A stretch of DNA of 20,000 nucleotides from Moniliella sp. 'wahieum' (lineage: Eukaryota), in NCBI GenBank assembly GCA_003971905.1, contig RSEE01000032.1, positions 669,509-689,508 on the forward strand, read 5' to 3'. Of this stretch, positions 9,751 through 19,925 are shown in pieces. Both the position numbers and the translations under genes were made by a program. Each line of letters starts with the position of its first letter. Position 1 is the stretch's first letter. The notes under the pieces were generated by a model. The model was not told where the DNA came from. It saw only the letters and a list, made by a program, of their open reading frames with translations, and did no database searches.

Positions 9751-12443
9751 ATGTCCTATACTTCGTCGGCGCTGTCCGCCTCCGCCGACACGGCCGGACA
9801 CGCCAAGGCCGGCGACTCGGTCATCGCAAGCTTGTTTGCCGCCGTGCAGGCTGAGAGTCGGATCAAGGAGGACGAGGCTCGGAGGAGCTTCGTGGCCCCG
9901 CGTCGCGGGGAGCGTCCGCGCGGCGCCGCGGCGAGCGGCGGACGTACAAAGAGGCCGAGGCGCTCGTCCACAACATGGTCTCCGTTCCGCCGAGCCCTCC
10001 GGCAGCGCGGGAGAGGGAGATGGAGATGGCGAGGGAGAGGGATCGCGCGCCGTCGCTTACGCCCAGGGGCCCGCCGCCAGCCTCGCGCCGCCCCGCTGCC
10101 GCCCCGCTCGATCGCTCCTCCGACCAGAAGACAGCGCCCGAGGAAGACAGCCGCCATACGCCTCCAGGCTCCCCGCATCCGCCGCTGCCGCCGCCTCAGG
10201 CGCGCGGGAGCCTTCGCCTGCCGTGGGATCGCCCCGCTCTGCTTGCGCCCACCCTGCCCACCCTGCCCCCCGTACCGCCCCCCCCCCACATCTCCTTCTC
10301 CCGCAGCCTGACCAAGATGGACATCGACCCGCCCTCCTTTTCCGCCATGTCCCTTGACCCACCCGAGCCAGAGGAGGAGGAGCCACCCGGGTCCGGAGTC
10401 AAGCAGTCTGAGCCCCCGCTCTTGCCTGCTGCCACTGCGTTCACCGCCGCGTCTGACACTACCCAGTCAGACGAGGATTCGCTGCTCGCTCACCCCACTC
10501 CGCCGCCGGAAGCCTCGCGCCACTCCTCCACCCCTCTTGCCGCCTCGCGACGTCCGGGCCCCCACTTCCCACTAGATGGGAAGTCCTTCTTCCCCAAGCC
10601 TGTGCCCCTCGCCCGGCCCGCACAGAAGCCTGCCCCTGCGCCATCGGAGGTGCTGCCTTGGCGGCAGGAGCAAGAGCCCGAGCCCGAGCCCGAGCCCGAG
10701 TCGACGATGATGAACATGGCTGAGGAGGACACTGGAGATGGATCTGCGGCAGCGCGCATGGAAAGGACGCCGAGCGCGTGTATTCCGTCCCTCCCCGCTG
10801 GCGGAGGCACCCGAGGAGCCCGAGACGCCCGAGCCCGAGGTATCCCAAAGTAGCGCTGTCCCCACCGTGTACGAGGACGCGAGCACACCCCGCGCGCCCC
10901 CCCGGCCCACACTCCAGAGCCGGCACGCGGCGCCCCTTTACCCCTTTCACTCCCCGCACCACCCTCGGGGGCAAAGCACTCAAGACGCCCCATCCCCCCG
11001 GCTTTTTCCAGTTCGCATCCACCCCGCACCACTCTCGCACCGTCTCGGGTCCAGCCGCGCCCTCCCACGAACCCCTGTCTTCTCGTGTTCTCCCGTCGAG
11101 GGCCATCGCCATAGCCTGAGCGTGGACGCTCCCCCCAACTCGTCGCCGGACATAACCCCTCCCGGGTCCACTTTCCTCGCCCCTCACCGTCTACCGGGTG
11201 GCATGCCCCTCACCCCCCTCCGCCCCACTGTCACCCCCCAACGGCCCCAGCCCGCCCCAGGCTCGCGGCCCGCACGCCGCTGCGGCCCCCACAGGCTGCT
11301 GCCCCCACTCCCGCCCCTCCTGGCCGATGGCGGTTTTCTCCCGAGCAAATGCGTCCCTCTGCGCCCGCCGAACCGCCACGAGAATCCACGCCGCCTTGCA
11401 CTCCCAGGTCTCGATCTCTGTCCCTAAGTCAGTCGGCTGTCACTGCGCCCGATCTCTCCTTCCCCTCTGTCTCCTCCACCCACCTTTACCTCCGCCCCGA
11501 AGGGTCTCACCCCGTCCCGACTGTCCATATCGAGCCCCCCGCTCCGCCGGTTCTTCTCTCTCGCACAGCTCGGCAGCAGTCAAATCCTACCCGAGCAGTG
11601 ACACTGCAGGGACGTCCCAGGATGCATCCCAAGCAGTACTAAAAACGGCCGGCAAGAAGCACGGCTAGAGGCACGGCACGAGACCCGCCAAGATGCACGC
11701 CAGGAGGAAAAGGAGACGTTGGGCGACGACAGCAACATGTCTGTGCCTGACGCAGATGAGTCTGTGGAATACCAACTGCTGAGACTGCAGGAGATTATTG
11801 CCGAGTGTCGGGAGGCACTTCCACCGGCGTGGGGAGGTGTGGCGAAGGAACATGCCCCCCTACAAGCGTCGGATTCGGTCGCAGCCTTGACGCCATCCTC
11901 TGCCCTGGTTCCTGGGCTGCCTCCTGGCCTAGCCGCCTCGTCGCAGCCCGAGGAGGCGCAGTTCGTAGCGGCGATTCAAAATGCGAGGAGTCGCTTGCAG
12001 AAGACCAGGGTGGTGAGATCCAGACGCCGTCCGTCCTTGGCCCGCTTTGCCCTTTTCCTTTCCCTGACTCTATCCCTCGTCTTGCTCTCCTCCCACCTTG
12101 GCGCCAGCTGGGCGCTGCGCCAATACGCAGACGAACTCGCCTTTGCCTCTCCTCTCCTCTTCCATACCGACAGCTGGCTCGAGTGGGCCTTGTTCCACAT
12201 CTCCCCTTTTGCCCCCTCGCTGGGCTACTGGAGCCCCGACTTGGACGCCCCGCTGGCGCTCGTCTGCCATGCTCTTACCTCCCCCCTGGGCGGGGGCAGC
12301 TGCTCTTCCACGCCCTCCTGGCCCTCTGCAAGGGGGAATGGCGTCCCGCGTGTCTCCTTCTCCGCGGCGCGGGCACCAGCTGTCTGCTGCTGCTCCAGTC
12401 CCTTCTCTCTGGCTCCGACGCACTGAGCCATGCCCTCGTGTAA
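9751..12443 (+). CDS. Hypothetical Pro/Ser-rich low-complexity protein with C-terminal hydrophobic (transmembrane) segments; frameshifted in assembly
   Basis: CCTCCATG start MSYTSSALSA.... Successive coding-like ORF pieces (9751-, 9975-, 10738-, 11349-, 11719-) overlap at frame switches. A short helical segment ESVEYQLLRLQEIIAECREAL is followed by RRRPSLARFALFLSLTLSLVLLSSHLGASWAL. The end is 12426 or, more likely, 12443. Family not recognised. Confidence 0.6.
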
Positions 12444-12587
12444 TCTCATCTTTGGTTCGGGGGTGTTGTATCACTATACCACTACGACCTCCGCTGCCTC
12501 TAGCGCGCATGCGCGCAGACGATAGCACTCAGGAGCAAAATACTGATTCAAGTAGTGCGTTGGAAGGGTTTGCAAGTAGAAAAGAGG

Positions 12588-15500
12588 TCAGGCGGCCACT
12601 GGTGGAGGAGGAGGGGCATCGAGCGGTGGCAGAGCGGACGGCGAGGGAAATGGCGTGGCTGGTTCCTGGACGCGTTCGCCCGCCAGCCGGGCCGCCTCGA
12701 CAGACCAGGGGCCCGGGCCGAAGACGTGGTGCAGAGCCGAAAACACATCGTGCACATAATGGATCTCCATCGCATCCCGCACTTCCTTGGCCACATCCGT
12801 CTCCACCCGCGGCTGCACCGCCGCCGGCAACACCAACGTCTTCATCCCATTCCGATGCGCCGCGATCAGCTTCTCCTTCAGCCCACCCACGGGCAGTACC
12901 ATCCCGCGCAGCGACGCCTCACCCGTCATGGCCAGCGTGTGGGGCACCGGGCGCTGCAAGACAAGCGAGACAAGGCAAGTGATCAGCGCCACCCCGGCCG
13001 AAGGACCATCCTTGGGGGTCTGCCCCTCGGGCATGTGCACATGCAGGTCTTGCTTCTCCATCCATGCTGGATCCACCCCGAGCAGCGCCGCATTCGACTT
13101 GACCCAGCTCAGAGCAAGCTGGGCAGATTCTTGGATCACCTGTCCTAGGTGCCCCGTCAGTCGCACCTGTCCCGTACCCGGCATAAGCGTCGCCTCGATC
13201 GGCGTCAGCGAGCCGGCGCCCGATTCGGTGTAGGCCAGCCCATTCGACACACCCGATGGCATGACTGTGGGGAAAAGCCGGTCGGTGTTGGGGTACGGAG
13301 GGCCCAAAAACTCGTGCAAGTCCGCCTCACTGATCACCAAAGAAAAGTCGGGGGGCAACTGGAGCCGCTGAATCAATGGCACCACCTCCTTCTCCTTCTT
13401 CTCTGGTGGTGCTTTCACCGACGCGTCCTTCTCCACCTCCGTGCTCTCTGTCGAGGCCGCCTGAGCTGCTTCGCCTTCAGTCGCGCTCTTCGCCTCGGTC
13501 TCCGGCTTGTCCGCTTCTTGGATTGGTTCCTCCAGCACGTCTCCATACTGGGTCACGAGGCGGTAGGCGATCTTGCGATATACCTTATTGAGCGTCTTTT
13601 GCAACCCACGCACACCAGACTCCCGAATGTAGCCTTCGAGAAGATGGGTGATGACCGAATCAGGCATGGTGATGTTGCCCCCCGCAACCCGTTCTCTTCC
13701 ATCGCATTGGGAATCAAGTAACCTTTGGCAATTTGGAATTGCTCAGCGGGGGTGTAGGAGCTAACGGCGATCGCCTCCATCCGATCCCACAGTGGCCTGG
13801 GGATCCGAGATGGATCGTTCGCGGTGCACACAAACAAAACCCGCGACAGATCCACAGGTACGTCCAGATAGTGATCCAAGAAGTTGTGGTTCTGCTCAGG
13901 GTCGAGCATCTCGAGCAGCGCGGCCGAAGGGTCACCCCCGTGCGCCCTTCCCGCCCCCACCTTGTCCACCTCGTCCAGGAGGATTACTGGGTTCTCGCTT
14001 TGCGTTGCCTTCAGGGCTTGAATGGCCTTGCCCGGCATCGCTGCCACATACGTCCGCCGGTGACCCTTGATCTCGGCATAATCACCCAGTCCACCCAGGA
14101 GAAACGGAAGAATTTGCGGTCGGTTGCACGGGCGATCGACTTGCCAATCGACGTCTTACCCACACCGGGGGACCATGGAGACAAATAATTTTCCCTTGGA
14201 TTGACCCCTTGAGTTGTCCACAGCGAGGAACTCGAGAATGCGATCCTTGACGTCCTTTAGGCCATAGTGGTCCTTATCGAGTACAGCTTGTGCATTCTTG
14301 GTCGACAGACGCTCCTTGGTCGTGATTCCCCAAGGGAGGCTGGTGAGCCATTCAAGGTAGTTGCGGGAAACGTTGGAATCGTGGCTCTGGTTCTCGGGGG
14401 AACGGAACTTGCTCAATTCCTCGTCAAACGCTTTCCGTGCGGCGGGGGGCATGGCCAGGGAGTCTGCCTTGGCCTGGAACTTGCTGACCAACGTCTCCTT
14501 CTCTGCTTCGGTGCCAAGCTCCTTCTTGATTTGTTTCATCTGCTCTTGCAACACGTACTCCTTGTGACGCTTCTGGGTCTTCTGATCCGTCTCGCGCGAG
14601 AAGCGGATCTGCATCTCAAGGTTCATCAGGTCCTTCTGCGCTGTAGCCAATGCAAGCGTCAGACGCTCCTCAATGTGCCGTGCAGAAAGCAGCTTCTGCA
14701 GCTCCTCCCCGGCCTCAATCCCACTGATGGCCGCAACAAAGTCGCACAACCGCTCGGGATCAGACAGCATCTCAGGCGACACCTCGTTCTTGTAGAGCGC
14801 CAAGTTGGTGTCGGACGCAGGGGTACGGGAGGTCAAATTCCAATACGAGTTGAGGGTGGAAATGATTTCGTTCATCTTGCGCTTCATGGACGTAGTCAAT
14901 TCGTACGGCTCGAGCGGGAAGTTGTGTACCTGCACCATCGAAACAGGGTCTTCATGCACAGCGCTACCTGACCTGTTTCGGCCTGACGCGCCTGCTCCGG
15001 GGCAGGGGCCGTAGACACGTCGGCGTGGCTCTGGTCTGCTGCCTCACCCTCCGAAGCAGCGGGCGGAAGTACTACAGAACCAGGCTGGAACACATCCTCA
15101 ATCGCGATCCTCCGCATCGGGATGAGCAGAACCGAGAGTTTGTCCCCTTCGGGCGTGGCCGGAGAAGCAGACGGAGACTGTGACGCCGACCCATCCTCCT
15201 TGGGGGTTACGGGGCGAGAGTGCCAGTGGAAGTGATGCGGCACAAGACACCCACATCGTACACCTGCTCTGGGGAGGTGATGATGTCCGTGTCCTCGCTA
15301 TCGTCTTTCAGCAGAAACGCGCCGACCCAGGGCTCGGGGGACTTGGCCACCTTCTCAATAGCCGCCATGGCCTTCGGGTCGGTGACAACGACCACCTTGC
15401 GGTGGGAGGGGAAAAGAGGGCGGCTGGTGATGGGCGAGCGAGGACTTGAGGGAACGTCTCGGGCTGAGGTGGGGGAAGGCGGTTTGCCGCCATCGCTGCC

Positions 15501-15773
15501 GTCGCTACCGTCGTTGCCATCTCCGGGAGGTTGAGCGCCGTCGCCAGCACCAGCGGCACTGCCGCTAGCGGAGCGCCATCGCCGGCGGCGGGGGACGATG
15601 AGGATGAACCGGAAAGCGATGGGGGTGGGGCGGAGGAGGGGCCGGGCAGCGAGCGGGGTGCGGCGGGGCACTGCGAGGCGCGGGGAGGCGCGGAGGGAGA
15701 GCGAGAGAGCAGGGCGGCTGAGGGTGCGCACAGCAGCCCCTCCGCGCAGGACAGCGCGCGTGGTGGGGAGCAT
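12588..15773 (-). CDS. PIM1: ATP-dependent Lon protease, mitochondrial (Pim1/LONP1-type), apparently intronless, frameshifted in assembly
   Basis: Arg-rich, acid-free presequence [20 protein letters not shown]...; LON-N ([24 protein letters not shown]); [34 protein letters not shown]; Walker A GPPGVGKTS (~14180-14150); EIKGHRRTY; Walker [27 protein letters not shown]; catalytic PKDGPSAG (Ser codon 13001-12999) and GGLKEK. Confidence 0.93.
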
Positions 15774-16124
15774 GGCGGGCGGGTGTGGCGAGGCGGTGGC
15801 GGTGGCGGTGGCGGGGATGGTGGATGGATGGGCGGCTGGGATGTGGAGTGGCTGCGATAGCACCTTCCCACCGCTGCTTCCGCCCGGCTGCCCGACGCGT
15901 GTGCGCCGGCCTCTCCTCTGGGACGCGGGTGCCGCGCTCCATTCCGCCCCCGCTTGCACCGACCGCCCACACGACCGGCAGCTGCCGCCTTCGCCTGCAT
16001 TCGATTGCCGCTCTCCGATGGGATGATCGATGATCGCTGAGCGATCGCTGATTAACGAATGGAATTGCCGTCCCCCATCACACGCTTATCACACGCCCCC
16101 CACGCATTGCTGCTAGCTCCTACG

Positions 16125-16787
16125 TTACGCCGAGTACAACTTGAGCTCGCCCGCATCGGCACTGCCCGTGCCCAGCGACGCCACGATGCCGCCCTGCGCG
16201 TCGGTGCTGATGAGGTAGTCCTGGCCCTGGGAGGAGTGGCCGATGGCCACAAAGGCGACGCCCCCCTCGGGACTCGACCCACTCGCGTCCAAGTTCGCGA
16301 GGAACGTCTGCTTTGCCTGGCTCTCGTCATCGGCATAACTGCACGGCTGCGTTTGGAAGCTGGTCGTCTGCTCGCCCGTGATGAACTTCTGTGCCACCAA
16401 GCACTTGCTCGTGTCGCCGGATGGCTGCAGCCACCCATAGAAACTGGGCGGGGCTGCTCGTCTTGAGGTAGGTGGAATTGACTGCGGTGAACTGGAATTT
16501 GCCCTTGCCCTTTCAACCTATGTCAGCGCGCCCATCTCTTTTCTATAACGGGTTTGTATTGACCACAGTAGATAGGGGGTGGGGGTGGGGTTACGCACCG
16601 CTTTGCTCGAGAGGTAGTCGTACTTGTTCAGGGCGACGGGATAGGGCCCAGTGCTGCCCGATTCAGAGCCATAGCCGAGATAGTTAGCGCCGATAATGTG
16701 GGTCTGGACAGAGGCGGCGGCGCTGGCGGTGGCCAGGATAAGAGGGGCAGCCAGTGCGGCTGTGGCGAGCAACGTGTACGATGGCAT
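16125..16787 (-). CDS. Small secreted protein (~190 aa), 2 exons (16787-16599, 16509-16125), one apparent indel; possibly beta-trefoil/ricin-B-like
   Basis: Signal peptide MPSYTLLATAALAAPLILATASAAA. After splicing it reads LSSKA|GKGKFQFTAVNSTYLK..F/YGWLQPSGDTSKCLVAQ..QPCSYADDESQAKQTF..LKLYSA-TAA. Confidence 0.72.
16510..16598 (-). other. Spliceosomal intron (89 nt)
   Basis: GCG|GTGCGT donor, GCTGAC branch point (~16527-16522), GAAAG|GGC acceptor that yields the best coding-like frame. Confidence 0.7.
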
Positions 16788-18213
16788 GGGGTGGTGGTGG
16801 CTGGGTCCCAGGTGACTAGTGACTGACTGGCTTGTTAATGGCGTTCGATGTTCGGGGCAGGAACGACGGTCGGGCAGATTGGACTGGACCGGCGAGCCGC
16901 GGAACAGGATAAGCGCAACGCGCAGCAAGGTACCGTCGGAGCTCCGCATGCGTGCGCAACGCCCGCAAGCCACTTGCAAGCCACTCGCAACACTACGTGC
17001 ACAAGGCGGCACAACTATGTGCGGGAACCCTAGCCGTCACCCTCGTCACGCGCCAACCCTACCGCTCCGGCCCTGCACGTGCCAGCCCCGAGGATCGGGC
17101 GCATGCTATTTCGCGTCAACGCGTCCAGTGCGGTGCGCGGCTGTGCTGTCGAACCATGGCTCCTTTTGGCCTCTGCCCCCCTCCACCCGGCCCTGCTTTC
17201 CTGCGCACCGTCCTTCGGCGCGCGTCTACCACCTCTACCACCATGCCAAACCGCCCCGCGGTCTCACTGGCGGTACGACCATTGCTGCCACCCACGTCCA
17301 TACTCGCGCTCATCCCGCCCCGCGACCCCCCGAAAACGTAGGTCTGCAGGCATGCCCACTACTACGGGGAACCAATGCTCTGCTCCGCAATACCCCCCGC
17401 ACCGACAGAGAATGCATCCCCTGGAGGGCCATCTCGGTTTTAGGTCTCATCAATTGACCAATGAGACTGGTATCGTAACTGGGTTTCCATTCCCTCTGCC
17501 TCACGCGCCACGCTCTTGTCCTGTTCCTGCCACAGTTGTTCAAACAACACGAGCCACCTCCATCGCCCGACAACCATTTCGCGACGTGCGATGGCCAGCA
17601 CAGCGACCCATAGAAGTAGAACCACTCGTATTGCGTCTTGTGCTACCACCAGCTGATTCCCTGCCGTCCAACATCCCACCCCCCCGCCCACCTGTCGCTC
17701 AGGCACTTGGATAGTCATCCTACTCTCAACGATCAACTCGTCCCCCTGGCCCTTGGACGTGGAGACCAGAGTAATCCGTCTTGTAGGGTCGTTTTCATGC
17801 ATTACGCGTCGACTGGTCGCTTGGGAGGATGGGACGTACGAACAAAGAATAACACAGGGAACCTGTGAGCCCCGTAATGAAAGTCAAACCAGAGTCAATA
17901 TCCAAACAAGCACGCCCCACGACGATGGCCATTAGAAACAAGGGGACGGTGAGCATACGCTGCGCCCAGTCCAGCCCACGAGGTCTTGGCACCCACTCAG
18001 CCCACTATGGTGGTTGGCTCCACGTCCCTCGGCCCTACATCGGCGGCGGGATGGAGACGAAGATCTCCGATCAGTCTCACCATTTGCGGGCCATGACATG
18101 CTCTCCATGGAGTCCTGATGGCGAGGTTGATGCTGCTAGCCGAGCCGGCGAGCCAGCACAACAAGCCAGCGCGACGACCCAGATGGAGACATCCATTCAC
18201 AGAACTCCTTCGA

Positions 18214-18298
18214 GAGTGAGGCCCATCGATCACAGCCGTACCACCCTTCTTCTTGGGAGTGAGGTCCATCGATCACAGCCGCACCACCTTCTTCTTCT
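18214..18298. repeat. 43-bp imperfect tandem duplication (x2)
   Basis: GAGTGAGGcCCATCGATCACAGCCGtACCACCCTTCTTCTT at 18214 and GAGTGAGGtCCATCGATCACAGCCGcACCACCTTCTTCTT at 18257. Confidence 0.93.
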
Positions 18299-19537
18299 CT
18301 TGGGGTGCAGAAAGGGTTAGGTGGCGAGCGAAAGGTCCCTGCATTACCATGAGCGAGGCCCAGTCCCGTGTGCGGACAAAGCGATGAAGCTGCTGTGTTG
18401 GGCTTGTTTGCTCTTTCAGCAAACACCTTCTCTGATGGGAGGGCAATGCAGTCTCAGCCGAGCCGCATCCTTTTTCTTTGCGATGCCAATGTGCGGGAGG
18501 CACCCGCTGCGGTCTTTGGCCCCGGACCCGTTCTACGCGCCCGTCATGGCCCCGTACGACAAAGCAAAGCACCAAACAGCATCTGCTCCTCGGGAGAAAC
18601 ACATTGACCCTCCGTGCCCGCGCCGCAGCGGGGAATGCAAATTGTCTGTGCCAGTGGTGCAGCTCATGGCCGAACAGCGCAGTGCCCGCAGTGCCCGCAG
18701 TGTCGGCACTCCCTCCATTGGCGCCTTGAACTACTCGCCAGGGCAGGCGCTGACGCAACGAGTTGATGCGCGGCATGAGCGCGTGCCCCCCCTGTTCCTG
18801 CGCCTGACAAAAGCGAGATGGTCAGCAACTTGGGGGTCACAGCAGAATGACATGAACCACATACAGGATTTCCGGAACAGGAAGTAGGCGCATGAGGAGA
18901 AGACAAACGGACCATTGTATTACTGGCACATCTTGTCCGCTCTTTCTTTGTGTAGTTGGCTGCAAGACTGGATCAAAGCAGTGCCCGATTGCGCGTGGCC
19001 TGTTTTTCAGTGCTGGTTTCGTCCAAGTAGGAGGCAATTGAAGCGAACAAGAAGGCAAGGCTTGATACGGGAGTCCATTGCCTTCCCAGCGGAACCAGCG
19101 CGGCAGCCACATCAGGGATCGGGCATGGCGCCTTGAGAGCAGGGGCCGTGACTCGTGGATGGGATAGTGGCGTCGTGGATTAGGGCGCTCTCCGACGACA
19201 GCAGTCTGCCGGACAGATGGCCAGCCAATCGGTGCCAGAGAGCGGGAAGGAGGGTAGGTGTGGAGCGGACACAGGACGATGGCATGAACGTTGAACGTTC
19301 AGTTGAGCCGGCCGAGTGCGCCTGAGCCAGGGCACCAGCCTAGGCTAGCTAGCAGATATCACACGCCACATGTCACTGCAGCACTTCGATCCGATCATCG
19401 ATCATCATGCATCGCTGCGTCGGAGCGGGTGGGCGCGGTTATTTGCCCCAGACCGACGCCGCCCGGCGCAGCGGCGATTGAATATGAATGCGGAACAAGA
19501 GGCCAACGCCATTGCAAGCTGAGGCCATCGTGTATCC

Positions 19538-19763
19538 TCACTTGTTGGCTGTGCGCCCCGGCGGGCCAGTTGAGTCTAATGGGGAGGATAGGGTTACAAG
19601 GGCATGCCCACCCCACCCATTCAGGGTTGAGACAACTTTTGACTGGAAGACCACGGGAGTGAGTTAGTTTGAGTAGTACAAGGCTGTAGTAGCTATCCAC
19701 CCCTACCACTCTCACTGTGATGCGACGCCTGGTCTTGGTGTGTCGGGGGGGTGTGTCAGGCAT
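19538..19763 (-). CDS. Candidate spliced micro-ORF (50 aa): MPDTPPRHTKTRRRIT|SKVVSTLNGWGGHALVTLSSPLDSTGPPGRTANK*
   Basis: CACCACCATG start context, canonical 73-nt intron, upstream TATAAAA; exons 19763-19716 and 19642-19538. No homology recognised. Confidence 0.4.
19643..19715 (-). other. Predicted spliceosomal intron (73 nt)
   Basis: ACA|GTGAGA donor, ACTAAC branch point (19668-19663), pyrimidine-rich TCTTCCAG| acceptor about 20 nt downstream. Confidence 0.65.
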
Positions 19764-19766
19764 GGT

Positions 19767-19853
19767 GGTGGGTGAGGGGGTGAGGGTTAGGGTGGGGTGG
19801 GTGAGGGGGTGAGGGTTAGGTGGGGTGGGTGAGGGGGGTGAGGGTTAGGGTGG
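19767..19853. repeat. ~29-bp G-rich minisatellite x3 containing telomere-type TGAGGG-TTAGG(G)
   Basis: GGTGGGTGAGGGGGTGAGGGTTAGGGTGG at 19767, 19796 and 19824; copies differ only in G-run length. Confidence 0.93.
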
Positions 19854-19918
19854 GGGTGGTGTCTTTTGAACGGGGCGTCGGATGGGAAACGGGGGCATAT
19901 GCTGCATAGAGCGGACGA

Positions 19919-19925
19919 TTTTATA
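19919..19925 (-). promoter_or_regulatory. Putative TATA box (TATAAAA)
   Basis: Consensus TATAAAA on the minus strand ~155 bp upstream of ATG 19763. Confidence 0.5.

Noticed and set aside
1..15773. Cluster of pseudogenes or programmed ribosomal frameshifting
   Set aside because: The breaks affect every long gene, including housekeeping ones, favour homopolymers, and leave active-site motifs intact. Sequencing error is the simpler explanation.
3998..15773. Peroxisome gene cluster (PEX14 plus peroxisomal Lon)
   Set aside because: The Lon has a mitochondrial presequence and no PTS1, and the intervening genes are unrelated.
12555..16466. Long plus-strand ORFs antisense to Lon and the secreted protein
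   Set aside because: Shadow ORFs expected from high GC and codon bias; no recognisable motifs.
17079..19136. Several 90-210 aa ORFs on both strands (e.g. 18321-18887 +, 18273-18776 -)
   Set aside because: No domain motifs or consistent coding pattern. A heavily frameshifted orphan gene cannot be excluded.
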